From assembly GCF_018977255.1 (NCBI RefSeq), contig NW_024704742.1:27468001-27532000 (forward strand): a stretch of DNA of 64,000 nucleotides. The letters are read 5' to 3'. Below, piece after piece: positions 49,015 through 61,829 of the stretch. The notes beneath the pieces are model-generated. The model ran no database searches. It was not told the origin of the DNA and worked only from the letters and a program-made list of their open reading frames with translations. The stretch's first letter is position 1. Each line of letters begins with the position of its first letter. The translations under genes and the position numbers were made by a program. The stretch is from Callorhinchus milii (Eukaryota).

Positions 49015-49770
49015 ATATAATTCTTGCATTTGATATAGTGCCTCTCACATCAGGATGATATCTTCAAGCACTTTTAGAGAATTTACTGTAAATTGTAGTG
49101 ACTTTGTTTTGTCGTTTGTTGTTACAAATGTAATGTGTTTGTTGTTGTTTGTAAGCAAATGGGGCATCGAATTTCAGCGATGTCCCACAAACAGCCATAA
49201 AGTAAATTACTAAGTTGACCAAATGAATGAGCAATTTTATCTGGGGCATTGTTGGCCAGGAGACCAGGAGAAGATCCCAAGTCTTTTTGAATAGTGCCTG
49301 TTGAGCAAAGGCGGCAGACAATGGAGTGGGAATGTGAGCAGATTGGAGAGATAGATAGGGAGGTGCCAGGGCATGAAGTGATTTGTAAACAAGTGTGAGG
49401 ATCTTGAAATTGATCTGTTCTGTTGATAGGGACTCTTTGGAGCCTGACAAGGACTGGTGATGAGTTTGGTGCAGGTCAGATTACTGTCAGTGGAGTTTTT
49501 AATTAATTGGATTTTGTAGATAGTGGAGCTGGGGAGATTGACGAGGAGGGCATTGGAATAATTGAGGCAGGAGGTGATGAATGCGTGGATAAGGGAGTTT
49601 ATGTGGAGGGTGAGGTGAAGAGGGTAGCGAAATTAGAGAAACCCATTAGGAGAAACGGCCACCTGAACAGGCAGACTGGACCTTGGTTTAATGTCTCTTC
49701 CAAAAGACATCACCTCCGACAAAGCACTACTTTCCCAGCACTACATTAGGGTGTCAGCTTAGACTGTGTG
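49015..49770 (-). mobile_element. Deu-domain SINE split by an internal L2 ORF2 fragment (about 49300-49640)
   Basis: Deu 3' part at 49015-49298 and Deu 5' core at 49655-49770; between them is L2 motif EQINFKILTLVYKSLHALAPPYLS. Confidence 0.8.
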
Positions 49771-50679
49771 AATTAACACGTACATTGCAAAAATGATGGT
49801 ACCAGGAAGGTACGTATATTATGAGGGAAATTGGCAGCATTTCATGACATTGTACGTTCAACATCAAATGCATTATGAAATACCACTAACTTGTGACTCT
49901 AAATCGCAGTAGTACTCACCATACTATATGGGATTGAAACAGTGATATATTATGTTCATAATTACCTTTTCTACAAAATCTATGCTGGCTGAATAATGAG
50001 TATCTACACTTATGCAGTAACAATCATTCTAGATTGATTATACAAAGTAATATGTAAGTGTATTACAGTTGTTATTTGTATAACTGTGTAGGGTGCGCTC
50101 TGAATGTAACTGGTATTAAAAGGACTGCAATGTATTATAATTACTGTAGATGGGGGTAGAGTGGGCAGCTATCATCCCAGTTCTGTTTAACAATGTGCAG
50201 TAATAATTTAATGTGTCGAGTGAGCTTTATGTAGTACATTTATTATTTTCTCCCCTTTCTGCTCCATGATGCCTTCACACTGCACATAATGTGGGAGTGA
50301 TAGAACGTGTTAGTCATGAAGCTATCTCCTGTATCTTTGATAAGTGTGTTCAGGTGCTTCTTTTTAATGCAAACGGCAGTATTGTATATAAAAAACAGGT
50401 TTTTAACTTGTGATGTGGAGTATATTTCTTCTGTTTTGTTCATTTGTAGAGCAAAGGTACTGCAGATTGCCAGATGCAAACTTTTATTTTGAACTTTAAA
50501 ATTCTATTTAACCGCCCCCAGTCTTGTGGTAAGAGATTGTTACTGTCACTTCAAAGTGCATATACATTTCTAATACGAGATCTGCTTTTGCCATTTGATG
50601 TTTTTTCTGACACCCTCCTTGTGTTTTGTTCCAAATCTCAATCCTTCGTGCACTTTTTATGGCATTTCTGATTTGGTCA

Positions 50680-50930
50680 GTTGCTGCCCCCAACTTTTCG
50701 AACACCATCCCAGAGTCCCTTCTCCTCGCTCCCTCCCTTGTCTCCTTCAAGACCCATCTCAACACCCTCCTTTTCGACTGCACCTTCAGTCACCCTCCCA
50801 ACCCCTACCCTCCTGGCCTTCCTGATTCCAACCCAGCTCAGGTCCAAATCCCTGACTGTCCAGCTCACTGGGACGTCCTCCCAAAGTTAAAGGCGCTATA
50901 CAAATGTAATTTGTTGTTGTTGTTGTTGCT
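50680..50930 (+). mobile_element. L2-type LINE 3' end
   Basis: SFKTHLNTLLFD, 3' UTR and tail aaaggcgctatacaaatgtaa(ttg)n. Confidence 0.9.
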
Positions 50931-51058
50931 GTGAACGTCGCAAATTGTTCATTTTGGGTTCGGCACATCAAGATGAGAGATGGGAGCAGACAATAAGTTG
51001 GGAACTTTTGTGATTTGATGCCTGAGGCTTCCATGTTACATTTGATTGCTTCCGCACT

Positions 51059-51296
51059 TGAGGCCCAAAATTCCTTTTCGTGTCAAGACCTGTAAGACCG
51101 TTTTGCCTAAATTTAGCAACGGGGACAATTACGGAATTTTTAAAAATTTGTCCTTAATTTGGAAGGCATTTCTTTCCATGGACTGAAGAAAAGTGGCTTC
51201 CAAATTAATTTTATTATTTTTCTGCAATTTTGGTCATCTTAAAAGCTAAGAGCAAATGATTTTGCCGGCTAAAACGAGGTGGGAATTCGGGCTTCA
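51059..51296. mobile_element. Palindromic MITE-like element
   Basis: Outer inverted repeat tgaggcccaaaattcc / ggaattcgggcttca; inner inverted repeat aatttggaaggcatttctttc / gaagaaaagtggcttccaaatt. Confidence 0.65.
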
Positions 51297-51398
51297 ACGA
51301 TGTCCATCCAAGTTCTACTGGTGGGATGCAGTCTGAATAAATTGTGAAGGAGGGGGAAGGCGTCCACAAGGTATTTTAGCATTTTGCTTATTGCTCAC

Positions 51399-51435
51399 CT
51401 TCCCATCATAAGCAATTTAGACAGGTTGCTCAGCT
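51399..51435 (-). other. Candidate 37-nt micro-exon
   Basis: Acceptor tactttgttttgcag| and donor AAG|gtgagc; one open frame (LSNLSKLLMMG) that I do not recognise. Confidence 0.25.
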
Positions 51436-51909
51436 CTGCAAAACAAAGTACTGCTGCTATGTATCTCAGACCGGCAAAAGCCAAAATTAAGACCTGCTCA
51501 TTTTGAACCCAAAACGCCTACTTTACTGATGCAAGTCAAGTTGCTTTGTAAAGTGATGGTTTTGCTTCCTGCGGTCTCATGCCAGCAGGATGCTGGAAGG
51601 CACATTTTTAATGAACCAGAAAGGAGTAACTAACTGAGGTTAAGGTCCCTTAATTGTTTAGTAGACAGTTCTTTGTGATCAAACTCCTAGGATTTACTTT
51701 GTTGTATGCCAGCATTTTTCAGTGTACTGTTGATGGGCAAACAAATGATAATTAGAGAGCCATCTGGGAATATGCTGTTAGTTTTTTTTAAATACAGCTT
51801 TGAGGTTTTTTTTTCGCTGTTGAATATATTTTTATGAGCCATAATTAATTGTTGAGCAAACGGTAAAGTAATCCTTTGCATTTACAATGTTGTAGTGCTG
51901 TACTTGCCC

Positions 51910-52359
51910 AAGCTTCCCATCACACAGAGGATACAGTTCAAGATCCTGGTCCTCACCTTCAAAGCCCTCCACGGTCTTGCTCCCCCCAACCTCACTGACC
52001 TCCTAATCCCTTGCCACCCTGTATGTTCCCTCCGTTCAGCGGGCTCTGGCCTGCTTCACGTCCCCCGCCTTGTTTGCCCCACTATTGGCAGGCGGGCTTT
52101 CCGCCACTCTGCACCCACCCTTTGAAACTCTATCCCACAGTTCCTCCGTCTCACCCCTTCCCTTGCCACCTTCAAGTCCCACTTCAAGACCCTCCTCTTC
52201 GACCGTGCTTTTGATCTCCCTGCTTCCCCCCACTGCCCTTCACCCTCCCCCTCCGTGACCCCCAGCTCGGGTCCATAACTCTGTCTGTCCAGCACCTTGG
52301 GCCGTCCTCCTGACGTGAAAGACGCTATACAAATGTAATTTTGTTGTTGTTGTTGTTGC
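51910..52359 (+). mobile_element. L2-type LINE 3' portion
   Basis: LPITQRIQFKILVLTFKALHGLAPPNLTDLL...GRRAF and a (TTG)n tail. Confidence 0.93.
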
Positions 52360-52444
52360 TATAGGTGATACTCTTAGAATATTGAAATTATATTAACTTA
52401 AGAACGCTTAGCTGTTGTGGCATAAGTAATTATTAATGTTCTAT

Positions 52445-52742
52445 GTGTCTATCAGCCTGGCTCAGTCGGTAGCACAATCGCCTCTGCATCACAATCTGTG
52501 GATTCAGGATGTGGAGACTTTGAGCTCAAAGTTCGGGTGTTGTTGGAGGCGCCGTCCTTTGAATGAGACTGAGGCCCCATCTTCCTGTTCATGTGGATTT
52601 AATCTCCCAGTGTCCCGGCCAACGATACATCAAATAAAATGAATCATTCACTTCATAGCTCTTTGTGGGCATGTTGAGCGCAAATTGGTTGCTACACTTG
52701 CCTACAAAATATATAGTCGCAGTAGTAAATCCTTTGAAATAA
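52445..52742 (+). mobile_element. Deu-domain SINE with deletions
   Basis: Head cagcctggctcagtcggtagcac and core ggaggcgccgtcctttgaatgagactgaggcccc. Confidence 0.75.
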
Positions 52743-53139
52743 CATACCATTAACATACCAGCAATGTAACATCTAGTTACATACCATTAACTGAGAGGTC
52801 ATTTGGGATTGACATCGGAGAAGGTGAGATTTAGGTATTCATTTATTATTATTAATAATCATTTTTACATTTCATATAATGTCTTTCATGTCAGGAGGAC
52901 ATCTCAAAGTGCTTCACAGAAGATATGTAAAGTGTAGTGACTGTGTTTCTAGGCAAGAGTCTTTTTAAAACAATGAAACCACCAGATTGGTCTTGAAGAA
53001 GAAGGCCCTTCAGCCCATTTGATCTTATCCTTCCAGAATATCAACCCTCCTGCCTTCCCATTTCAAAATTAAGCTGTTTGTTAAAGGTGTTACAGTGTTC
53101 TGGCTTTCACCACCCTTCCTGACAACTTGTTATACCCAC

Positions 53140-53695
53140 ATTTGTCACCTCAAGGCTTGACTATGGAAACTCCCTTCTTGTCGGGCTCCCCAACTCTTCC
53201 CTCCACAAGCTGCAGATCATCCAGAACTCTGCAGCTTGTTTCCTCTCCCGCACCAGGCTCCGTGACCCGATCACCCCCACCCTCGCCCAGCTCCATTGGC
53301 TCCCCATCCCTCAGAAGATAGAATTCAAAATCCTCGTCCCCACTTTCAAGGCTCTCCATGACCTTGTACCCTCCTACATCTCTGACCTGCTGAACTCAAC
53401 CTGTCCACTCCCTCCGCTCAGCAGGCTTTGGTTTGGTCGGGCTTTCAGCCTCTCTGCTCCCACTCTTTGGAACTCAATCCCACAATCCCTTCGCCTTGCT
53501 CCCTCTCTTGCCTCCTTCAAGGCACGACTCAAGACCATCCTTTTTGACCATGCCTTCAGCCGCCCTCCTTCCCCCTCTGCCCTCCCTCATCCCAACCTGC
53601 CCCCACGCTCGTGTTCTGATCTCTGACTGTTCAGCTCCTTGGGACATCCTCCCAACGTGAAAGGCGCTTTACAAATGTAATGTTGTTGTTGTTTT
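53140..53695 (+). mobile_element. L2-type LINE 3' portion
   Basis: KLQIIQNSAA...LAQLHWLPIPQKIEFKIL motifs and a (TTG)n tail. Confidence 0.93.
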
Positions 53696-54194
53696 GTTTT
53701 AGTCATTAAAATCCGTCAAACTTCCCCATTTACACTTGGTGTAGTACTTCGCAGGAGTATCAGATTGTGAATTTGTACTTTGTAGAGTCCCTGCTGTAAT
53801 GGGGAAATGATTTACCATTTGTATCATCTATCTTCAAGGTTTTAATGCTGCCTTGAGGTACTTGCCTTGTTGATCATATTATTATTGCTTTGGAAAGGTT
53901 TGTTAAGGAACCGGTGCCTTGTGGGCATCTGCAAGAATTGATCAGAGTTTTATGTCACTGGTGGGAGAAGTGTGTTTGGATTAAATCGTTCCTCAGTTCC
54001 CTAGCTGCAAGGGACCTGTGACCTCTATCACAAGGCTGTCTTAGCTCATCTGCCTCTACGGCTGCAGGGAACTGGTCTGTTTTTCTGGACGATCCACAAC
54101 AATGCCATGCTAAATGCAATATGATGCAAAAGATACAGCACCACAAGCTTTTTTGCAGGGCTACTCAGCAGAGCAACACCTCATTTGAGCTGTA

Positions 54195-54790
54195 ACCAAC
54201 AACAGCAACAAGAACAAATTGGATTTATATAGCGCCTTTCATGTCGGGAGGATGTCCCAAGACGCTGAATAGTGGAGGGTTTGCACCTGAGCTGGGGGAT
54301 GGATTCAGGAGAGATGGGGCCGACAGGGATGGGGGTGGTGGGGAAAGGATTACTGAAGGCACGGTCAAAGAGGAAGGTCTTGAGACTGAAGTTGAAGAAG
54401 GGAAGAGAAGGGACAAGGTGGAGGGGCTCTGGGATGGAGTCCCAGAAAGTGGAGGCTGAATGCTTGACCGACGATGGAGTGGGCAGGGTGGAGGACGGGA
54501 AGCAGGTCAGTACCGGAGTGGAGAAGGTTATTGAAGTTTTAGAAGGTTGCAAAGGTAAGCTGGGACAAGACCTGGAGGGATTTAAAAGTGAGTACGAGAA
54601 TCTTGGACTCAATCCTCTGGGGGATGGGGAGCTAATGAAGCCGGGCAAGGATGGGGGTGATCGGCTCACAGATCTTCGTGTGGCAGAGGATACAGCTTGT
54701 GGGGGGAAGAGTTGGGAATTCCGGTGAGCAGAGATCTGACGTAGTCGAGCCTGGATGCAACAAAAGCAGGGATAAAGGTCTCAACTGTCC
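54195..54790 (-). mobile_element. L2-type LINE 3' portion
   Basis: The minus frame gives WDSIPEPLHL...LKTFLFDRAF plus the tail. Confidence 0.92.
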
Positions 54791-54837
54791 AAGGGAACAG
54801 ATGTGGGGTTAAAAGCACAGTTGAGAGTTGAATAATT

Positions 54838-55213
54838 TGGAGTCTTGTAGCTCAGTGGTTAGAGCACTCGCCTTGCAAGCGAGAGTCCTGAGTTTGATTC
54901 CCAGCAGGGGAATCAAGTTTGGGCAAGTTTCCTTACTCCACACACCTCTGTTTACCTAGCAGTAAGTAGGAACCTGGTTGTTAGTAGATTGGCGGATCAC
55001 TTTTCCGGGTGTAATAATAACTTTTAAAAAAAAAAAAAAAAATTTGGTCACTCAATCCACGACTGTTTGTGGGACACTGCTGTGTACAATTGGCTGCTGC
55101 ATTTTGCCCATAAAATAATAGTGAATTCACTTTACAGTATACTCTGTGAAACATTTTGAGACATCTTGAAGATATGATAAGGCACTATACAAACTGCAAG
55201 GATTATTATCATT
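54838..55213 (+). mobile_element. SINE family A, full length
   Basis: gtagctcagtggttagagcactcgccttgcaagcgagag gives an anticodon arm CTCGC-CTTGCAA-GCGAG (TGC, Ala); body, internal A-run and tail follow. Confidence 0.94.
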
Positions 55214-55319
55214 AATATAAGACACCAAGGTCTGCACTGGCTCCATGAGGTGGAGTGCACATCCAAGTAGATTGATGCAATCAGTGCCTCAAGAGATCAA
55301 AGTGTATCCCTGACATCCA

Positions 55320-55410
55320 TGTTCAGATGTACGAACTGTAAACATAAGTGTTGGAATCGTATTCAACAGAATCTTGAGAAACATCTCGGGGACTCATCAG
55401 CTATGCTTAA
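55320..55410 (+). mobile_element. Possible RTE-type LINE C-terminal zinc-finger remnant
   Basis: FRCTNCKHKCW followed, after a disruption, by SRGLISY resembles the CxxC...SRIGLxSH end of RTE ORFs. Confidence 0.35.
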
Positions 55411-56084
55411 AGGCTCTGTCCACAATTGCCCAATCCAACATCTCTTGCATCTCCCAAATGGTTTCCCATGGAATGGGAGCAGAAAGCGGGAATAAATGTG
55501 ATCCCATTTCTGGTATGGCCTCCACATGGATATTCATAGAATGGAGCTCAATTACTTTATATCTGCAGAGGAATTGTTGATGGGTGCCTAATAGATTGAC
55601 ATATGGTTGGTTGCTGTCACCTAGTATCCTTTGTCACTCATCAAGAGACATAAAACTGCTGCTATTTTCCAGTTGCTGCTTCTCCATTTCAGAGAAGTGG
55701 ATGAACCGTGGTGCCTTCTTCAGCAATGTCTCTCTGTAAATTGTAGCACTTTAATGCAGCATGGTTGGATGACATGATTATCTTTGTCGTTGCTAATGAC
55801 ACCTGAAAAAATCAGCAGCAGAGGACTTAATTAATGCTGATGTCTTAACAACTAATTGTATTACAGGTTGAATATCTAACTTGGTCTATAGCTCCTCATA
55901 CGGGTCACTGAGAACTTGTTTATGAAACGCAAATCGCCCCAGGCAATTATTCAGAGAAATTCTTCAAATGCATTCTTGGTGTGTTCTATGGTATAGGCAC
56001 TGCCTCATTCTTTCTCCTCCACTTGCTTCCTCATACACTTTGGCAGCAACACTAGCATTCAATGTGATGCTTGAACAAATTTAT

Positions 56085-56340
56085 TATTGATCAGCTGGGT
56101 GTCTTGCACATGTGGAAACCGATCCTCATGCTTAAGAGTACCCAAGCCAAGTTGAGATGTCTCCCACCTACACATGGAAATCCCAGAGATAGATTGTTGG
56201 GATGGAATGTGTTTTCTCTCCCTGAAGGGATGCATCCTGCTTACCTAATTCCGGAAAGTATTAGGCACAGGTTGGCAAGAGCCAAAGCTTGGGGACCCCA
56301 GAGTGTGCTGGAGTCTAGCTTGCCATTGATGTTGCTGTCC
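56085..56340 (-). mobile_element. Family X copy
   Basis: gatcagctgggtgtcttgcacatgtggaaacc...catcctgcttacctaattccggaaagtattaggcacagg. Confidence 0.75.
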
Positions 56341-57454
56341 ACTAAGGGATTTCAATTTAAAAAATGGCATTTTAATTTTTCCATATGTATTCAGTTTACG
56401 ATGGCGGTTTTCTATGAGCACCAATATGCAACACTTTTGATTGCCATATTGGTCTGGTGCAGACTTTAACCGTATGTTTATAGAGAGGTGTCAAGTGAAG
56501 GGTAGCAAAGCTGAAGGGGGACTTGTCTTGGGCTACTCTTCACCTTTTGGTGGTCAACCTGGACCATTGTTAATGGGGCCTTGGTGTGCGGTTCCCCATC
56601 TATCCTTATGGCTGAATTGGGTGCACACTCAAGGTGAGCTTTGTAGAAACGAGAGGAACATGGAGCGATTTAACCCTTGCTTCTGGAAACATTCCAGCTG
56701 ACAGTAAATTAACTCTACAGCTTCCACACATGGGGGAATGCAGGCTTTGGAATCTTGAGCAAAGCAGCTACTGTTCAGCTGATAATTGCTGCTACTGTAT
56801 TTGTTCAAATCTTGTCTGAGCAGCATTAATGATGAGCCAAAAAATTCCATTCCATTCGTCTTTGACTTTATCAAGTTGTTGACATCTGCATTACAGTAAT
56901 CCAGGCCTTGAAAGGAAATAACGCAGGGATTTTGTTACAAATCCTTTTCACTTGTTAATTCATTCCTCTCAGGTGACATTGAGGCAATGTGACGTATTTA
57001 TATTATATACACATATATACATATAAAAAAGAAAACAGCAATATATTATTACATTAGTTGATGAATGATGTGAACATTGTTGCAAAAAGAAATCACTAAT
57101 ACTCTCCTCTACTTCTTTTCTCTTCTGAAGGCATTTGACTCATGTTTCCATCCACTGGGTTACATTAACGAGTGCTTGGATGTCCTCTGCTTCTTTACTC
57201 AATTACCTCCAAACAGAAAGGGGTAATTATAATAGTCAAAGAGCAGGGTCTGTCTGAACTTTTAAACTAGTTCTTTGATATTCCAAAACAAAATAGCGCA
57301 GCGCTATTTCTGATCTTGCAACCAGGTATTGTAGTCTGCTATTGTAGCAGAGTATATAATAAAGATAGACATGAGCAAGGACACTGCTGTTGAAGAACGT
57401 ACACTTCCTTACTTGGCTTTTTTTTGTGTGTGGAAGTGACTAAGCTACTAGCTG

Positions 57455-57740
57455 GGGGCAATCTGATAGATATTATAGATCTTGACTTTCAAAAGACATT
57501 TCACAACTTCTTTCAAATGAAATACTGAAGGTGAGGGCTTGTGGAATTGGAACAGAAGTTGCTATGCAGATGAAAACCTGTTTGTGAATTGAAAACTGGG
57601 TAATTATAAATGAAATTCATTTGAATTGGGAAGTGACTGATTCTCCAGGGTTCAGTCCTTAGACCTCTTTACTGTTTCAAATTTGCATGAATGACCTAGA
57701 CAAAGGGATCAAATTGCAAAATTTGCTAATGATAAAACAA
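57455..57740 (+). mobile_element. CR1-type LINE RT core fragment, old
   Basis: LDFQKTF ... PGFS/QGSVL ... MNDLDKGI ... KFANDKT, a degenerate form of YLDFQKAFD/PQGSVLGP/KFADD. Confidence 0.8.
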
Positions 57741-58124
57741 TGCCCAGGATTTTAAAATGTCTTACTACTATTTATTAACCTAAAAATATAACATGAAATG
57801 AAATAATGGGGTGGAGAACTTATTTCCCCGTTGTTAAATTTACTACCTTAAATCATTGCATCATTTTTTCTTAATATTTAGAATGTTATTGCAAATGATT
57901 TAAAATGCCATTACTGTCATTTGGAAATATAGAACAACAGATTGGCTAAATTTAGCAAATAATCAGATGCAACTAAACAAACCCACTTTACATTGTTTAC
58001 GTGATAAGGCACTATATTATATGCAATTATTATTGTCATCACATTTAGTGTCAGAGTAGCAGAATAAACTCCAGAGATAATGAATGCCAAATTATACTTT
58101 CATCTATATGTATATATTCAAAGT

Positions 58125-58287
58125 AATATAATAATAATAATAATCCTTGCATTTGATATAGCGCTTTTCACGTCTTCTAGACGTCTCAAAGTGCTTCACA
58201 GAATATGCTGTAAAGTGAATTGACTGTATATTTGTGGACGAAACGTGGCAGCCAATTGCGCACAGTAGTGTCCCACAAACAGTCGTT
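58125..58287 (-). mobile_element. SINE 3' module
   Basis: Reverse complement of the shared tail. Confidence 0.88.
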
Positions 58288-59654
58288 TATATATATATAT
58301 CTTCTAATTATTGGATGCTAATAACAATATTAATAATTGATATAGTGCCTTTCATGGGACGTCCTCCCGACGTGAAAGGTGCTCTACTGATGTAATTTTA
58401 TTGTTGTGGTTCATGTCGGGAGGACACCTCAAAGGGCTTCATAGGGTATGCTGTAAAATAGACTGTGTATTTTGTAGTTGAATGGTATGTCTCTTGCTAA
58501 AGTAGAGATCAGTTTTCAGGTTGGGCAGGGTTTGGGAGACGGCCTTGAAAATAATGCCTCCATTTTATGAAACGGTGACAAGGAAGGTAATCCGAATTTC
58601 AGTGGAGATAATTACTGCCATGTGGGAGAGAGAAGCCCAGGAAGGTTATATTAATTCTATCTGTCAAGGTATTTGTCAGTGCAAAAAATTGACGTAATTC
58701 TCAAGCATGACAGGAAGTTTGTTGCACAGTTTGGCATCTCCTCCAGAGGAGAAAACATCCGACCACAACGTGAAGCTGCTGCAGGTCACATAGCTCAGAC
58801 CAGCAGCAGCCGTTTCATGCTGTTTCTTGCCTCCCACGGAATTGATTCAGTTCCTCTCCCCACTCAAGGCAAAGCAAATCAGCACTTCTAGTTAGACAGA
58901 AAAAAATCACTTGGTGCTGACATGAATTATCGACCACATGATTCCCTAATGCTCTCGATTGCCACCTCCCTCACTGTCTATGCTTCTTGCAGCATAGTCC
59001 ATTTGTCATCATGTTGTCCACACCATGGTTTCATACCGTTGTGCAACAAAGTTCCCAAAAAGCGACGTGAAATTCTAAAACGTAATTCAGAAAAGATTAT
59101 TGTAAATCCGTAGAATGGGCACGATGGTATTGGAGTATTATTTATACATGTGAGACTAACTTACGGGAGTCAATCTTGCAGTAAACAATGCAGCTGATGC
59201 ATACACAGTACATGTCCCTCTACGTAATGTAAGTGTCAGTTTGGCTCAGTTGATTGCACAATTTTTTGACTGATGGTTATGGACGGTGGCTGCTTGCAGT
59301 ACCAAACAAAAAGCATTGAACTTGTTGGGCTGAATAGTCTCATTCTGCAGGTTTTTATGTTGCAATGTCAATACGAGTGATTAATGGTTCCTGAGGCAAA
59401 AAGCTCAGACCTTTATGAATGGCAGCAGGTATAGGGAAATGGAAAAATGAAATGGAAGATGTTTTGGCTGAATGCTCCCTACTGCATATTTTTTGAAAGC
59501 AGAAACTGGAGAGAAGAATACTGGGAAGTAGCAATGTGCCTCCTTTTCGTGAAAAGGTAATGCAGTGAAATTCATTTGCAGACTGCTGCAGTCTGACATT
59601 GCAATCAGTCTCGAGTTTGAACCCAGCTTGAGTCATCCTCCCAAAGGTTCTATA

Positions 59655-59992
59655 ACAATAATAATAATAATAATCCTTGCATTTGATATAGGGTTCTTCA
59701 TATCAGAAGGACTTCTTACATAGAGCAATGTCATGCAGATACAGGCCAATTAGCCCAACTGGTCTGCGCTGATATTTGTACCCCACACAAGCCCTCAAAG
59801 TGTTTCAGATCTTGAAGAACTTCACAAGATTTACTGTGATGTGTATTAACTGTGTATTTTGAAAGCAAATGCAGCAGCTGATATGTGCACTGCAGTGACC
59901 AACAGACAGCCATGAAATCAATGACTAATTTTATCTGGGATATTGTTGGCCAGGATAATCCCCATATCAAATGCAAGGATTATTATTATAAT
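59655..59992 (-). mobile_element. Deu-SINE 3' part with a CR1 tail insert, bounded by an inverted tail duplication
   Basis: taatccttgcatttgatataggg at the left end and ccccatatcaaatgcaaggatta at the right end. Confidence 0.7.
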
Positions 59993-60347
59993 ATGAAAAA
60001 TAAAAACAAGAGACTTGCCCCTGTGAGCCATCTTTACATCACAGAGTCATTGCAGAAACATTGGACTCTGGCTTGAGAGAGATTAATCATACCTGTCTAT
60101 TGACAACTTAACAGCTTGTAAATCATCCCTCAGAAAGAGGGTTCATAACTACTAAAGTAAGTAAAATATTTAAAGGATGTTTATGTATGTAATTGTGGAT
60201 GAGGGTAATCAAGCTAATATTATACATCTTGACTTTCAAAACCATTTGATAAAGACAGAAAGATTCAAGGAATTTCAGTAGAAAATTAAACTGAAACTTG
60301 TCTTTAGAGAAGAAAGAAGAGCGTTTCAGATGCCATATTTGATTTTG

Positions 60348-60430
60348 CTTTGGTCAGCCAGGTGTCTGACACAGGCAGAAACCCATCAGCTTGCTTAAAG
60401 ATATCCGAACCAGACTGAGAGTTCCACATA
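60348..60430 (-). mobile_element. Family X, 3'-terminal 80 nt
   Basis: tttggtcagccaggtgtctgacacaggcagaaacccatca...gcttaaagatatcc. Confidence 0.7.
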
Positions 60431-60924
60431 TGTTTGCCTTCTAATAATAATAAAAAAAAGAATTATTAATAATGTGAATATGGCAGTATAAAACACAGCA
60501 TAGTTCCTATAATCATTGATGCAACTGGGACTGTTAATAATAATGGTGAACAAAATATCAACTTCCTGTAAAAAGTAGCTAACTTAGGAAGTTCAAACAT
60601 ACTAAGAAAACTAATATCCATTCATATGTAATGTGGTAGTGTTATTGGTCTGGCTGACCCATCACTAAAAACTACTTAGAAATTACTGAGTGAAATTAGA
60701 AATCTACAGAGTGATTTAAACTGTAATAACAACAGTGATAGTGATAATAGTATACTAATCCTTGTAATAATCTTTTCATTTGATATAGCGCCTTATTGGG
60801 TCGTTGAGATGTCCCAGAGCGCTTCACTAGATTTGCTATGAAGTTGTATGACCATGTATTTTGTGGATAACTTACTCATGAGAATTTCCTTTTTTCTTCC
60901 ATTTGAGCCACAGGGAAATTCAAT

Positions 60925-61268
60925 ACTATAATTTTATTTGATATAGTGCCTTATCACATTGTTGAGATGTTTCAAAGCACTTCACAGAATATACTGTAAA
61001 GTGAATTGACTGTTTTTTACATGGGCAAAATGTGGCAGCCAATTGCACACAGCAGTGTCTCACAAACAGTCATGGAATTGAGTGACCACATTTTTTTTAA
61101 CGGGTTTAAAAAGTGATCCACCAATCGACTAACAACCGGGTTCCTGCCTACTCCTTGATAAACAGAGTTGTGTGGAGTAAGGAAACTTACCTGAGGTTTT
61201 GGTCTGCCTGGGAATCGAACCCGGATCCTCTCGTTTACGAGACGAGTGGCCTAACCACTGCACTACAG
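60925..61268 (-). mobile_element. SINE family A, full length
   Basis: Reverse complement of tail, body and head (gggttcgattccc). Confidence 0.9.
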
Positions 61269-61829
61269 AATTGATTTGTGCAGCAGCTGCAGGGGAAGAG
61301 TAAATTCTGGGCTGTGTTATACATCATCTTTGCAAATGGCCTTGGCGAGGGGGATTCCAAGCAGAACAGCTTCAAATGTATCACTGAACCGCCGACACAT
61401 TATGTTGAAAGGGATTCGGAGTTACCTAACTTTCAGGCAGATACTTTTGTAAAGTACATGCAATAAGGCCGTAGGGTACACATTGCAAAGCAAATAATAA
61501 TAATGTGATTTCAATCACCATCTTTTTCTTTGTACTTCTTTTACATGTACTTCTGACGCAGCATAGTGCATAGAGACTAAGCAGCAGAATGTTTAGAGAG
61601 TGGCTTCTTGTGTGGTTAAAAAAAACTTGCTTCACAATGGCAGATTATTTATTTAGCCAGAAATCATAAGAACAGTCAAGTCTGGGGAAAGCCAATTGAG
61701 GCCACTGAAGCTGATTGCTTCAGAAATTGCATACAAGCCTGTGCAATGATTCCTACAGACACAATATTGGTATCATGGCTCTTGGGTATATAGGGTCTCG
61801 CCCTGGCATTGAGATTCTCTCGACTCAAA

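Noticed and set aside
49920..49970. Minus-strand 51-nt exon with a gtgagt donor
   Set aside because: Poor polypyrimidine tract and an unrecognised peptide.
54838..54915. tRNA-Ala gene
   Set aside because: It is a SINE head that continues into the SINE body, with no complete acceptor stem or terminator, and it recurs in many diverged copies.
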